Shown here: in pieces, positions 18,630 through 29,300 of the stretch
Position numbering within the stretch: the stretch's first letter is position 1
How the letters are laid out: the number at the start of each line of letters is the position of its first letter
Origin: an uncultured Erysipelotrichaceae bacterium
GTDB lineage: Bacteria > Bacillota_I > Bacilli_A > RFN20 > CAG-826
DNA: 64,000 nt
Assembly: GCA_900314865.1 (NCBI GenBank)
Contig: OMWW01000002.1
Location: forward strand, 66,136-130,135
Direction of reading: 5' to 3'
The notes under the pieces: model-generated
Seen by the model: the letters and a program-made list of their open reading frames with translations, nothing else
Databases searched by the model: none
Told to the model about the DNA's origin: nothing
Position numbers and translations under genes: made by a program

Positions 18630-20114
18630 ATGAAGAAAAGACTTACTAAAAAACAGATGATCATCTTCTCCTTGGGACAACTAGGCTGGTCATTACTCGG
18701 TGGTATTATCTCCGCTTGGTTAGTTACTTATTTCTTACCAACCAAAGAAGATGTCCTTGTAAATGGAGCTACCCAATATCTTATCCCAGGTTTGGCTATT
18801 GGCGGCTTCTTAACCATCATTGGATTAATTACCGCTGCTAGCCGTATCTTTGACGCAGTTACTGATCCACTTATCGCTTCTTTATCCGATAGATCAAAGA
18901 ATCCAAAAGGAAGAAGAATTCCATTTATGAAATTCGCCGCCATTCCATTCTCAGTTATTACTGTGTTAATGTTTGTGGTTGATTTCGGTGCTTATAATTC
19001 TTCCTTAGGTTGGCTTAACATCCTCTGGGTTTCCGTCATGATTGTTTTATTCTACTTATTCATGACAATGTACTGCACCCCATATAACGCTTTAATTTCC
19101 GAATTCGGTCAATGCCAAGAAGATAGAATGTTCATTTCTACCGCTATTTCATTCACCTACTTATTCGGTACTTTAATTGCTTACACTCCATTCGTCTTTG
19201 CACCATTACTCCGTGGTGGAGTTGGCTTTGCGTGGAGCTATCGTATTTGTTTCATCGTTTTAGCGGTTATCGCTTGTGTTGCAATGTTAATCCCAGCATT
19301 CGCGCTAAAAGAAACAGATTTCATCGATCCAAAACCATCGAGAGAAAATGTTTTCAAATCCTTAACTGCAACATTCAAAAACAAAGACTTCAGAGTCTTC
19401 TCTGGTAGTGACATCATGTACTGGGTTGGACTTACCATGTTCCAAACTGGTTTACCATATTTCGTCCGTGTGTCCATGGGCTTTGAACCAGGTATGGTTA
19501 TGCTCTTCATGGGTGGTATGACTATCTTAGCTGCTGTCTTCTATCCATTTGTTACTGGAATGGTTAAGAAGTTTGGTAAAAAGAAACTCGTTATTGCAGG
19601 TTTCTTAGGCTTAGCAATATGCTATGGAATCGCCGCTATTTCTTCTATTCCTGGCGTTTTACCAGAAGAAGGAACAGGTGGATCCGGATTAAGCTGGGTC
19701 TTTGGTATCGCTATTATGATTGTTTCTGCTCTTCCAATGGCACTTCTTGGTATCATTCCTCAATCAATCGTTGCTGACGTTGCCGAAGCTGAAGCTAAGA
19801 CAACAGGACAAAATAGAGAAGGTATGTTCTTCGCTGCTCGTACATTCGCGATGAAATTTGGACAATCCTTAGCAATGATCCTCTTCACTTCCTTAGCAGT
19901 TTCTATGGCCGCTAGCGGGGTTTCTGCTGATGAAGTTTATCCTTCTAAATCTGGCATGATCGTTGTTGCTGCTGTCGCGGTTGCCTTCTGTGTTTTAGGC
20001 GCTGTCATTCTCCTCTTCTTCAACGAGAAGAAAGTTATGAGAACCATTGCGAAAAAAGAAGACGAAGCCTTCTTAAAAGCCGCAGAAGAAAACGATAAAA
20101 AAGATAGAGAATAA
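18630..20114 (+). CDS. GPH-family (MelB-like) glycoside:cation symporter.
   Basis: 12 TM helices and the DRSKNPKGRRIPFM motif (GPH D..G.RRP). Confidence 0.8.
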   Translation: MKKRLTKKQMIIFSLGQLGWSLLGGIISAWLVTYFLPTKEDVLVNGATQYLIPGLAIGGFLTIIGLITAASRIFDAVTDPLIASLSDRSKNPKGRRIPFMKFAAIPFSVITVLMFVVDFGAYNSSLGWLNILWVSVMIVLFYLFMTMYCTPYNALISEFGQCQEDRMFISTAISFTYLFGTLIAYTPFVFAPLLRGGVGFAWSYRICFIVLAVIACVAMLIPAFALKETDFIDPKPSRENVFKSLTATFKNKDFRVFSGSDIMYWVGLTMFQTGLPYFVRVSMGFEPGMVMLFMGGMTILAAVFYPFVTGMVKKFGKKKLVIAGFLGLAICYGIAAISSIPGVLPEEGTGGSGLSWVFGIAIMIVSALPMALLGIIPQSIVADVAEAEAKTTGQNREGMFFAARTFAMKFGQSLAMILFTSLAVSMAASGVSADEVYPSKSGMIVVAAVAVAFCVLGAVILLFFNEKKVMRTIAKKEDEAFLKAAEENDKKDRE

Positions 20115-20116
20115 TA

Positions 20117-21739
20117 ATGAATATTAGATATCTCAAAAAAGGTAAAGAATATTCTAATTTCGATACCTGTAAAGATTTCGAAATTGAAGTGACGAAGAAA
20201 AACGGAAAAAATTCTGTCACTTTAATCGCGAAGACTGATATCGAACTTATTGACGCAGTGGAACTACTTCCAATTCCTACCAATCTCCATGATTTATATT
20301 TCTTAAATGGATATCAATCTTGGACAGACACTAAGGAATTTAAACTTGCTGATCGTCTTCGTAACATCAAGAAATCTCCACATATCATCTCGCATATGTT
20401 TGCAATGCAAGCCTATGGAGATAACCACTTCTACCACTACTCGATTATAAAATCCCATGGTTATGATCTCTTTTATAGTAAGGGAGAACATGAATCATTC
20501 ATCTTCAATGTTAACTTTGAAGTTGCTTACTTAATCATTGAAATCATCAAAAATAAAAGAACAACATTGAGATTAATCTCTGACTTAGAGGGCTGTAAGC
20601 TCAAAAAAGGTGAAAGCGTTCGTATCTTTGATTACTACTACTTCCCAGATTTCAAAGAAGGACTTGAATGTTTCTATAAACACGTCCCAATTGAAAAAAG
20701 AGAAAAAATCTTTGGTTACACCTCTTGGTATAACTACTATCAAAACATCAACGAAGAAATCATTCTTCGTGATTTAAAAGCCTTAGACAATAGATTCAAT
20801 CTCTTCCAAATCGACGATGGATATGAATCGTTCGTGGGAGATTGGCTTGAAGTTGATAAGAAGAAATTCCCTAATGGCTTAGAACCAATCGTCAAAGAAA
20901 TCCACTCTCGCGGATTTAAAGCAGGTATATGGCTTGCTCCATTTGTCGCAGAAACCAAATCTAAGTTATTTAAAGAACACAAAAATTGGATTGCTAAAGA
21001 CGAACACGGAAAGATGATAATCGCTGGAGGAAACTGGTCTAAACACTACGTCCTAGACTTAACCAAAGAAGAAGTGAGGAACTATATCGAAAAATGTTTA
21101 AAACATTATATGGATATGGGTTTTGATTTCTTTAAACTCGACTTCCTCTACGCAGCGGGATTAAGAAACTTTAAAGGAACCGGTAGAACACGTTGCCAAG
21201 GTCAAAAACAAGCCTATGACTTCTTAAGAAATATTCTTAAAGACAAACTAGTGCTTGGCTGTGGAGCAAACCTCCTCAATTCCTGGGGTAGTTTCGATTA
21301 TCTCCGTATTGGCCCAGACGTCTCTTTAACATTTGATGATGCCGCCTATATGAGAATGTTCCATAGAGAAAGACCATCCACAAAAGTGACTATTCAAAAC
21401 ACAATATATCGTTCAATATACGATCAAAGATTATTCGCTAACGACCCGGATGTCTTCTTATTAAGAGATGATAATATCGGACTAAGCTTTGAACAAAGAA
21501 AAGCCTTAACCACTATTAACGCTTTATTTGGCTCAGTACTAATGACTTCCGATAACATCGCTACTTATGATGACAAGAAGAAAAAGGTCCTTTCTGAAGC
21601 ATTAGATTTATTCGAAAACGCAACAGAAAAGCACTATGTCAAGCGTAAACACTATATCGATATTGAATATCAACTAAAGGGAAAGAAACATTCCTTTACC
21701 TATAACACTAAGAAAGGAGTTATGAGTAATGTTAGATAA
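20117..21739 (+). CDS. Alpha-galactosidase-like glycoside hydrolase (clan GH-D, GH36-like short form).
   Basis: FQIDDGYE and GFDFFKLDF motifs resemble the GH27/GH36 catalytic regions. The start is 2 nt after the symporter stop. Confidence 0.55.
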   Translation: MNIRYLKKGKEYSNFDTCKDFEIEVTKKNGKNSVTLIAKTDIELIDAVELLPIPTNLHDLYFLNGYQSWTDTKEFKLADRLRNIKKSPHIISHMFAMQAYGDNHFYHYSIIKSHGYDLFYSKGEHESFIFNVNFEVAYLIIEIIKNKRTTLRLISDLEGCKLKKGESVRIFDYYYFPDFKEGLECFYKHVPIEKREKIFGYTSWYNYYQNINEEIILRDLKALDNRFNLFQIDDGYESFVGDWLEVDKKKFPNGLEPIVKEIHSRGFKAGIWLAPFVAETKSKLFKEHKNWIAKDEHGKMIIAGGNWSKHYVLDLTKEEVRNYIEKCLKHYMDMGFDFFKLDFLYAAGLRNFKGTGRTRCQGQKQAYDFLRNILKDKLVLGCGANLLNSWGSFDYLRIGPDVSLTFDDAAYMRMFHRERPSTKVTIQNTIYRSIYDQRLFANDPDVFLLRDDNIGLSFEQRKALTTINALFGSVLMTSDNIATYDDKKKKVLSEALDLFENATEKHYVKRKHYIDIEYQLKGKKHSFTYNTKKGVMSNVR

Positions 21740-23165
21740 AAGTTCTGTAATATTTAATAACCCAATGGACAAAAAGACCGTTAAGGGTGCGAACAAATCC
21801 AAAAAGAAATACATCAAAAAATATGGTGATGATTCTAAAAAGGATTACAAGATTAGCTTTAAAGACATCGATACCTTAGACTATATCAAGGCTAGTAACA
21901 TCGTCTTTGGAGAAAGTAATCAAAAATTTGAAGATAACGCTCTTATCGTTGGTAATATCCGTATGGGTTTTGGCCACTACCGCATTTCCATTGCTATGGC
22001 CTCTGCCGCTAGAGCGTTAGGTTTCAAACCATATTGGTTAGACTTAGCGTCTTTTGATGCGACTGGTTCAAAAATGATCCGTGAACAAAATGATATGTAC
22101 TCATTAGCATCACGTATCTCTCAAAAATCAAAGCTCTTTAATAAACTTGTTTGGGAACCACTCAACTCCGAAGGATTTAAGAAGATTACCTATAACGCGA
22201 AAGATCAAAAAAATAGCGAGCTTCTCGTCCCTATCTTCAAAAACATCGATAAAGAAATCCCTTATATCGCCACTCACGTGTGGCCAAGCCAAGCCGCGAT
22301 TCATGCGGGTATGAAGAATGTTGTTAACGCCATTCCTGATAACTGGCCAATGGGATTACACCTTTCTGAAGGCGCAATCCATACTGTTCAAACTCCATTT
22401 GCTTACTTTGGTTATAAGACCTTAAATGGTTTTGCTAAAAAACCACTCAACGGTATCCCTGAAAGTGATTTAAAAATGGTTGGTTGCTACATTGACCACG
22501 AATTACTTGTTAACCTTGAAGAAGATAACAAACTTCGTAAAGAAAGAATCGCTAATGGTAAACCACTCAGAATCCTTATGACAGTAGGAGGAGCGGGAGC
22601 AGGATTTGATATGTTCCTCGCTATGGTAAAACACTTAATCCCATACGTCAAAGAAAACAAAGTCGCTCTCTTCATCAACTTTGGTGACCATCTTGATGTT
22701 TATGAAAAACTTTGTAAGAAAATTAGCGGTATTAAAACCACCAATTACTTCAATCAATATGGGGAATTGAAAGAATTCGTTAAAAATATTAGACATGGCG
22801 AAGCTACTGGAATCTACGCGATTTATAACAAAGACATCTTTGAAGCTGTATATTCCACTAACTTATTAATGCCTGTCACTGACTTATTAGTCACAAAACC
22901 AAGCGAATTAGCGTATTACCCAATTCCAAAGCTCTTCATGAGACATATTGGTGGTCATGAAGTATATGGAGGAATTAACGGAAGAGAATATGGTGATTCT
23001 ATTCCAGAATGTCCTACTAAAAAAGAAATCAATGCGATGTTAGATAAGATTATCTCTGACAAAGAATTAATCCCACACATCTGTGATCGTATCGATTATT
23101 TAAAGAAAGTTGGTCATTATGATGGAGCGTACGAATGTGTTAAACTCGCCGCTCACATGAAATAA
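21729..23165 (+). CDS. Putative GT-B fold glycosyltransferase (MGDG-synthase/UgtP-like), or an uncharacterised sugar-cluster protein.
   Basis: N-terminal glycine-rich IRMGFGHYRI and C-terminal VTKPSELAYYPIPKLFM...GHE resemble GT28-type signatures. This assignment is uncertain. Confidence 0.35.
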   Translation: MLDKSSVIFNNPMDKKTVKGANKSKKKYIKKYGDDSKKDYKISFKDIDTLDYIKASNIVFGESNQKFEDNALIVGNIRMGFGHYRISIAMASAARALGFKPYWLDLASFDATGSKMIREQNDMYSLASRISQKSKLFNKLVWEPLNSEGFKKITYNAKDQKNSELLVPIFKNIDKEIPYIATHVWPSQAAIHAGMKNVVNAIPDNWPMGLHLSEGAIHTVQTPFAYFGYKTLNGFAKKPLNGIPESDLKMVGCYIDHELLVNLEEDNKLRKERIANGKPLRILMTVGGAGAGFDMFLAMVKHLIPYVKENKVALFINFGDHLDVYEKLCKKISGIKTTNYFNQYGELKEFVKNIRHGEATGIYAIYNKDIFEAVYSTNLLMPVTDLLVTKPSELAYYPIPKLFMRHIGGHEVYGGINGREYGDSIPECPTKKEINAMLDKIISDKELIPHICDRIDYLKKVGHYDGAYECVKLAAHMK

Positions 23166-23289
23166 TTTGACATTTACATCATCAAAAAGGTGGCTCGTCC
23201 ACTTTTTTGTAGTCCGAAACTTTTTTCTAGGATTAATCATTAAAATGTCTTTTTAAGATAGTAAAATATTTTAGATGAGGTATAATAAA

Positions 23290-23400
23290 AACTACATATC
23301 GGCAAACCCGGAGTAATCCGGCGACGCAAAGCTAAAGGGTCCAGTGAAAATTGGATAGCCAGTTGCACTTATAACAAAACCATTTTTGTGCACGTTTGCG
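23290..23400 (+). promoter_or_regulatory. c-di-GMP-I (GEMM) riboswitch with an expression platform.
   Basis: GGCAAACC is followed by a GNRA hairpin (CCGGAGUAAUCCGG), then GACGCAAAGC, then a UCCAGU-GAAA-AUUGGA hairpin. These are hallmark GEMM-I elements. A TATAAT at 23281 precedes it. A downstream hairpin with a U-run (CGUUUGCGGUUUUUUGU) lies before the GGDEF start. Confidence 0.7.
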
Positions 23401-23432
23401 GTTTTTTGTCGGTATTAATTACCGATTTTTTT

Positions 23433-24980
23433 ATGGAACAAGTAAAGAAAAAAAGAAAATTTAAGTTCCCTCTTTGGGCTAAAACACTTATCGTGCTTCT
23501 ATTAAGCGTTACTGCTGTAAGCGTGGTTGCGGTTGTTTATTCATCTCGTTATTTGAAAAAAACAACCATGCAAAGTTATGTTGATAAATCCGTTCATCTC
23601 GCAGATACATTAGGTGTTTATCTTAACTATGACGAAGTACTTGCAGTTAGAGATAAGACAAAAGAAATCTATGAAACCGTTGTTCCTGCTGATGCATTTG
23701 TGTCAAATGATAGTTGGGGCGAAGATATTTGGTTAACATATCTCCACTACTTTGATGAAGTGGTCAATATGGTGGAATACCAAAACATCTTAAAAGATAT
23801 CGAAGCTTTCCATAAAGTTAATGAGGCTAAATATACATATGTTGCTTATGTTGATTGGACTAACGAAAGATTAATCTACCTCATTGATGATTCTCCTCTA
23901 GGAGAAGAAGATCCTGATGTTCCTGACGCTCCGATCATAGATGGAGAAAGATGCTTACCAGGTACTTTCGATGATTTTACCGAGCAAGATAAAACTATAT
24001 ATTCACATATAGCAGAAGGTTTCTATTCTGAAGTCACTAATATGGAACAATACGGTTACCTTGTCAGTGTTGGTCGTCCAGTCTTCAAAAAAGGAGAAGG
24101 AATTGATAAAAACGATAAGAACAACGTTGAATTCTTTACTCTTGTAGACTTATCAATGGATGCGATTATTGCCGAACAATCAAGAAGTGTTCAAACTTTA
24201 GCGTGGATTCTTGTTATTTTAGGTGTTGCCGCGGTTATCGTTGGTTATTTTTTGGTCGTCCTATTCATTCTTAGACCAGTTAGAAAATTAACCAAAGCCG
24301 CGAATGAATACACAGAAGGTTCTGGAGAAGAGTTAGATAAATTCGCAAAAGTGAAGATTCGTACAAGAGACGAGATTGAGGACTTGTCCAATTCTATGAA
24401 GAAAATGGAAGGTGATATTAATAAATATATTGCGGATTTATTATCAACCTCCAGTAAACTAGAAGGCGCAAAACGTAAAGCGGATGAAATGAAATCTCTC
24501 GCTGATAAAGATGCCTTGACTGGTATAGCCAATAAACGTGCCTATTTTGAAACTGAAGAAAGATTGAACAAAGAAATCAAACAAGGAAAAGCAAGATTCG
24601 CTATTTCGATGATTGACTTGAACGATCTAAAACTCACTAATGATACATTAGGCCATGAAAAAGGTGATGAGCTCATCATCGGATTAAGTAACATTATCAG
24701 AGAAACATTCACCTCCTCTAGCTTATATCGTATTGGTGGAGATGAATTCGCTGTTATATCTGAAAACGGAGACTTAAAAGACATTGATGTTCTTCAAAAG
24801 AAATTCGTTGATGCAATTAATAAATCTATCAAAGCGAAAGACGTTGATGGAATGGGTGTTTCCGCTGCTATAGGTTTTGCAATCTTTGATCCTAAGATTG
24901 ACAACAACGTTGAAGATACATTCAAACGTGCAGACAAAAAGATGTACGAAAACAAAAAGATGATGAAGGGAAGTAACTAA
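23433..24980 (+). CDS. Diguanylate cyclase (GGDEF) with two TM helices flanking a periplasmic-type sensor domain.
   Basis: RIGGDEF active site and an upstream coiled-coil. The start was moved to MEQVKKKRK, because the track start overlaps the riboswitch terminator. Confidence 0.8.
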   Translation: MEQVKKKRKFKFPLWAKTLIVLLLSVTAVSVVAVVYSSRYLKKTTMQSYVDKSVHLADTLGVYLNYDEVLAVRDKTKEIYETVVPADAFVSNDSWGEDIWLTYLHYFDEVVNMVEYQNILKDIEAFHKVNEAKYTYVAYVDWTNERLIYLIDDSPLGEEDPDVPDAPIIDGERCLPGTFDDFTEQDKTIYSHIAEGFYSEVTNMEQYGYLVSVGRPVFKKGEGIDKNDKNNVEFFTLVDLSMDAIIAEQSRSVQTLAWILVILGVAAVIVGYFLVVLFILRPVRKLTKAANEYTEGSGEELDKFAKVKIRTRDEIEDLSNSMKKMEGDINKYIADLLSTSSKLEGAKRKADEMKSLADKDALTGIANKRAYFETEERLNKEIKQGKARFAISMIDLNDLKLTNDTLGHEKGDELIIGLSNIIRETFTSSSLYRIGGDEFAVISENGDLKDIDVLQKKFVDAINKSIKAKDVDGMGVSAAIGFAIFDPKIDNNVEDTFKRADKKMYENKKMMKGSN

Positions 24981-24995
24981 TACTTCCTTTTATTT

Positions 24996-25026
24996 TAAAA
25001 GTCGCCCTTTCGGACGACTTATTTTA
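24996..25026. terminator. Intrinsic terminator between the convergent GGDEF genes.
   Basis: AAAAGTCGCCCTTTCGGACGACTTATTTT, a member of the recurring hairpin family. Confidence 0.6.
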
Positions 25027-26700
25027 TTTATCAATATTTTTCTTTCTTGAACGCTTATTCTCATACATCAAGTGATCAGCGTGAATAAGAACATCATTAG
25101 CGGTTCGATCGATTTCGTGATCATATGTAGCAACACCAACAGAAACTTTGATTTGTTCCCAAGGCTCCTTAGATAACGCACATATGTCTTTACTCTTTTC
25201 AAGGAAGATCTTCTTCAATTTTTCTCTATTCTTATAATCTTCACCTTGAAGAATAATCGCGAATTCGTCGCCTCCTAAACGATAAATAATACTATTTTGG
25301 AAAACACGTGTCATAAGAACGCTTGAGTTCTTTAAATAGACATTGCCTTTATCGTGTCCATATTTATCATTAATATCTTTGAGATTGTCACAGTCAAACA
25401 TCGCAATTGCAAACTCAATTGGTTTATCTGATTTATCGATGGTTTCTTGTAATTCCAATAACGCTTCATCAAAAGCAGATTTGTTTTTAGTTGATGTTAA
25501 TGCATCGGCGTAGGCCATAGAGTTAAGATCATCAATATAATCGCCTAGATGAGAAACAAGTTTATTTGTCGCTGCGGTAAGCTCACCAATCTCATCGTTA
25601 CCGCGATAATTGAGTTCAAAACTGTAATTACCATCATTAATCTTTTCGGCGGCCTCGGTTAATTCTTTAAGTGGTTTAGTAATTTTTCTAGTATAAAGAA
25701 TCGTTACTAGTATAGTTAAACCAATTAAAAATAAAGACACAGAGGCGATAATAATAACAGTGTTTATCCAAGTTTCATTGACTTCTTTTAAAGGAACAGC
25801 AACAACGATGTTCATATCATTACTAAGTCTTAGCCAATAACCATGTTTTTTCACACCACCAAAGGTGTATTCGATATGATGTTTTTCGCTTTTAATGCTG
25901 TTATAAAATTCTTCTGGGATACTTGGCCTTTCACTTGGGTCCATGCCTAAAATATCAAGGTGAGGATGATAAATGATTGAGCCATCTTTATTATCAACAA
26001 TGAAGGCAAAACCAGTTTTATGGACAACGATGTCTTTAATTTGCTCACCCAAGGTGCTGTAATTGATTTCAATTCCTACTACACCAATAAAGGTCTCGTT
26101 TTCTCCAGATTTTCTATATACAGGAGCGTTATATGATATAACGGTTACTTGTTCAAGACTATCAGTGTCATATGGTGTTAACCACACCGGTGCTTTGGTT
26201 TCTTTAGGAATCCAAAACCATGGACATTTATTTTTGCTATCAGAAATATCGGTGACTGGAGTATCGACAAAACCTTTTCCATCTAAATCTGTGTACCAGA
26301 ATCCTTTTTCGTTAGTAACATCAGTTATATCTGGATCCATACGGTAATAGAAAGTTAACACTCCATTAGTGTGAGTAGCAGCTTCTAAAAAGATGTTTCT
26401 TGCTTGATAGACATGATCAGCAAACTTAGTATTAAATTCGCTATCGTCAATTGCATCAAGATTATCATCAATCAATCTCGAAACAGTTTTCACTGATTGC
26501 TCAACACTCTTAAAATAATAGTTAAGATTGCTTTTACCAGTTTCACATAACAAGTAAAGAGCCTGTTCAGAACTCTTGTGGCCCGAGCTAGCAATCGAAA
26601 TCGAACCAATTGATGAGGTGATGAGAATTGAAACTGAGACCGCAATAGCGTTAAGAACCGCAATTCTAATCCTCAATGTTTTTCTTCTTTTTGCTGCCAT
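25024..26700 (-). CDS. Diguanylate cyclase (GGDEF) with an N-terminal TM helix, an extracellular Cache-like sensor and a second TM helix.
   Basis: RLGGDEF motif, with TM helices at residues ~10-35 and ~300-325. Confidence 0.8.
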   Translation of the reverse strand: MAAKRRKTLRIRIAVLNAIAVSVSILITSSIGSISIASSGHKSSEQALYLLCETGKSNLNYYFKSVEQSVKTVSRLIDDNLDAIDDSEFNTKFADHVYQARNIFLEAATHTNGVLTFYYRMDPDITDVTNEKGFWYTDLDGKGFVDTPVTDISDSKNKCPWFWIPKETKAPVWLTPYDTDSLEQVTVISYNAPVYRKSGENETFIGVVGIEINYSTLGEQIKDIVVHKTGFAFIVDNKDGSIIYHPHLDILGMDPSERPSIPEEFYNSIKSEKHHIEYTFGGVKKHGYWLRLSNDMNIVVAVPLKEVNETWINTVIIIASVSLFLIGLTILVTILYTRKITKPLKELTEAAEKINDGNYSFELNYRGNDEIGELTAATNKLVSHLGDYIDDLNSMAYADALTSTKNKSAFDEALLELQETIDKSDKPIEFAIAMFDCDNLKDINDKYGHDKGNVYLKNSSVLMTRVFQNSIIYRLGGDEFAIILQGEDYKNREKLKKIFLEKSKDICALSKEPWEQIKVSVGVATYDHEIDRTANDVLIHADHLMYENKRSRKKNIDK

Positions 26701-26907
26701 GTTTGATATTATACTACAAAATGACCCCCTCTATTAGAGAAATCTAATAAAGTACTGATGATATCGATGTTTTTTAACACTACGCTCGCTTTTTCATAGA
26801 TAAGACTCTAGTGTTTGTATGTCGAATTTGTTTTTAGAATATGAGCGTATTAGATTTGAACGAATTATTCAATTATTATAATATTGAATTAACGAGGAAT
26901 TATACCT

Positions 26908-27942
26908 ATGAAGATAGCGTTCTTTGACACCAAAAACTATGACATAGAATCTTTTGATTCTTATATTAAAGAAAGAAATATTGAAGTTAAGTATTTCGAG
27001 CCAAAGTTGAATATTGACACTGTTGAACTCGCAAAGGGATTTGATGGGGTTTGTGTCTTTGTTAATGATTATTTAAATAAAGACGTAATCAATCGTTTAT
27101 ATGAATTGGGTATCAAAGCCATATTCCTAAGATGTGCTGGTTTTAATAATGTTGATTTAACCGCAGCGTTTGGAAAGATTCATGTCTACCGTGTTCCTGC
27201 TTATTCTCCTTACGCAGTAGCAGAACACGCAATGGCCTTATATCTCACTAGTAATAGAAGAATCCATAAAGCCTATAACCGTGTTAAAGAATATAACTTT
27301 TCTCTTTCTGGATTAGCAGGGAATGACTTATACGGCAAGACCGTTGGTGTCATTGGAACCGGTAAGATAGGAAGAATCTTCATCAATATCTGTCGTGGTT
27401 TTGGAATGAAAGTTATCGCCTATGACTTATTCCCGATCAAAGATAGTGATATTGAATATGTCTCTTTAGAAGAGTTATTTAAACAAAGTGATATTATCTC
27501 ACTTCACTGCCCATTAACTCCAGAAACCACTCATATTATTAATAAAGATAGCATTGCCTTAATGAAGAAAGGTGTAGCAATCATTAATACCTCTAGAGGT
27601 GGCTTAATCAATTCTGAAGATTTGCTTCAAGGAATTAAAGATAGAAAAATTGGCACTGTTTGTTTAGATGTCTATGAGGAAGAAAGTGATGTCTTCTTTG
27701 AAGATAAATCTGGTCATATTATGAATGATGAAACATTACTTCAACTCATCGCAATGCCTAATGTGATTATCACCTCACATCAAGCCTTCTTAACTAAAGA
27801 AGCCTTAAATAACATCGCTGACACCACAACAAGAAATATAGTGGACTTCTTTAGTGATAAACTACTTAGTGATACAGAAGTTTGTTACCACTGTGGTAAC
27901 CAAGCAAACTGCAAACGCGAAAGAAAAGCAAAGTGTTTCTAA
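26908..27942 (+). CDS. D-isomer-specific 2-hydroxyacid dehydrogenase (D-lactate dehydrogenase-like).
   Basis: MKIAFFDTKNYDIESF...GxGxxG NAD motif (GVIGTGKIGR). An unusual C-terminal tail contains CYHCGNQANC. Confidence 0.8.
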   Translation: MKIAFFDTKNYDIESFDSYIKERNIEVKYFEPKLNIDTVELAKGFDGVCVFVNDYLNKDVINRLYELGIKAIFLRCAGFNNVDLTAAFGKIHVYRVPAYSPYAVAEHAMALYLTSNRRIHKAYNRVKEYNFSLSGLAGNDLYGKTVGVIGTGKIGRIFINICRGFGMKVIAYDLFPIKDSDIEYVSLEELFKQSDIISLHCPLTPETTHIINKDSIALMKKGVAIINTSRGGLINSEDLLQGIKDRKIGTVCLDVYEEESDVFFEDKSGHIMNDETLLQLIAMPNVIITSHQAFLTKEALNNIADTTTRNIVDFFSDKLLSDTEVCYHCGNQANCKRERKAKCF

Positions 27943-28382
27943 ATATGAAAACCGCTATTGTCTATTATTCAAAACATCATAACAATACAAAAAAGATTTT
28001 AGATGTTCTTAAGAAAGAGTATCCTTCACTTGATTTATTTGACGTCACTTCAAAAGAAGATATTGATTTATCTACCTACGATAGAATCGGATTGGCCTCA
28101 GGCATTTACTTCAGTTCCTACGCAAAACAGGTGCTTTCTTTCGCGTTAAATAATCTTCCTGAGGGTAAAGATGTATTTTTCATTTACACTCATGGAGCTC
28201 CTATTGGTGGCTTTACTAGAAGTATCAAAAAGATAGTTAAAAAGAAAAAGTGTAAGGTAATAGGTAAGTTCCACTGCCGTGGATATGATACCTATGTTTT
28301 TAAACGCTTTGGTGGAATAGCAAAAGGAAGACCAAATAGCAAAGACATTGCCAATGCTATAAAATTTTACAAATCTTTGTAG
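27933..28382 (+). CDS. Flavodoxin-like protein.
   Basis: MKTAIVYYSKHHNNTKK, the flavodoxin N-terminal motif. 149 aa. Confidence 0.6.
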   Translation: MFLNMKTAIVYYSKHHNNTKKILDVLKKEYPSLDLFDVTSKEDIDLSTYDRIGLASGIYFSSYAKQVLSFALNNLPEGKDVFFIYTHGAPIGGFTRSIKKIVKKKKCKVIGKFHCRGYDTYVFKRFGGIAKGRPNSKDIANAIKFYKSL

Positions 28383-28385
28383 CAA

Positions 28386-28420
28386 AAAAGTCGCCCATCT
28401 TGGACGACTTATTTTTTATA
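28386..28420. terminator. Intrinsic terminator, bidirectional.
   Basis: AAAAAAGTCGCCCATCTTGGACGACTTATTTTTT. Confidence 0.6.
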
Positions 28421-28432
28421 ACAATCTTCAGA

Positions 28433-28708
28433 TCAGATGGTCAAATTTTCTTCAATTAGTTTGTTTATTAAATTTCTAGATTTGTCTAAAGAGTAGCCTT
28501 CTTCACCAGTAAGTCTTGCTGCAAAGGCTTCTAGCACTAGTTGCTGAGCCTGTAGCTCTTGTTCTCTCTTTTCAAAAGAGGAAATATCCATAACTACTAA
28601 TTCACTTTTTCCGTTTTTAGTTATGTAAATAGGTTTCCCGCTTCCTTTGCATTTTTTAACAGCTTCTTCGTATTTTAACTGGATACCATCAGATGTTGTG
28701 ATTCTCAT
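28433..28708 (-). CDS. Orphan Phd/YefM-like type II antitoxin.
   Basis: PIYITKNGKSELVVMDISSF matches the YefM/Phd pattern. No cognate toxin ORF is adjacent. Confidence 0.45.
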   Translation of the reverse strand: MRITTSDGIQLKYEEAVKKCKGSGKPIYITKNGKSELVVMDISSFEKREQELQAQQLVLEAFAARLTGEEGYSLDKSRNLINKLIEENLTI

Positions 28709-29024
28709 ACAAAACCCCTTTAAATAAATTTAGTAGATTTTTTAATGTTTTACAATTTGTCTCAAAAAAACATTTTATCAATGTCTCAGCGACAATTAAG
28801 CGAAGTAAAAAACATTACTGTATAGTTTTTCATACTACTTTATGAAATTTGATAAATCTTAGAGGTACAGATTATGAAGAAAAACGCAATCTTAAATGCG
28901 CTTAATCTAAATTAGTTAAATGAAATAAAATCCGAAATTTAGATTCGAACTTTTTTAAACTTAACGATACAAAATTTATAAACACTGCAACAAAACTAGA
29001 AAGGATCGGCCAAACCGATCTTTT

Positions 29025-29300
29025 CTAATTATCTCCGTAGTGTGACCACATTGAATGAACAACAATTGTGTTAATATCTTCGTGAACTTTGTAAACGAGC
29101 CTATGTTGAAGATTAATTCTTCTAGAATAATAGCCTTGTAAATCGCCAACAAGTTTTTCATAACTTGGTGGGTTTTGAAAAGGGTTTTTAGCGATAAGGT
29201 TTAATAATTTCTTTACTTTATCTTCCAATCCAGCGCTTTTAAGTAGTTTTTTATCTTTCTCAGCGTTTTTAGTGAATTTAATAATCCACATAACTACCAC
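29025..29300 (-). CDS. yoeB: YoeB/Txe family type II toxin (mRNA interferase).
   Basis: YYSRRINLQHRLVYKV...IVVHSMWSHY matches the YoeB signature. The probable start is the internal Met (MWIIKF...). Confidence 0.85.
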   Translation of the reverse strand: MVVMWIIKFTKNAEKDKKLLKSAGLEDKVKKLLNLIAKNPFQNPPSYEKLVGDLQGYYSRRINLQHRLVYKVHEDINTIVVHSMWSHYGDN

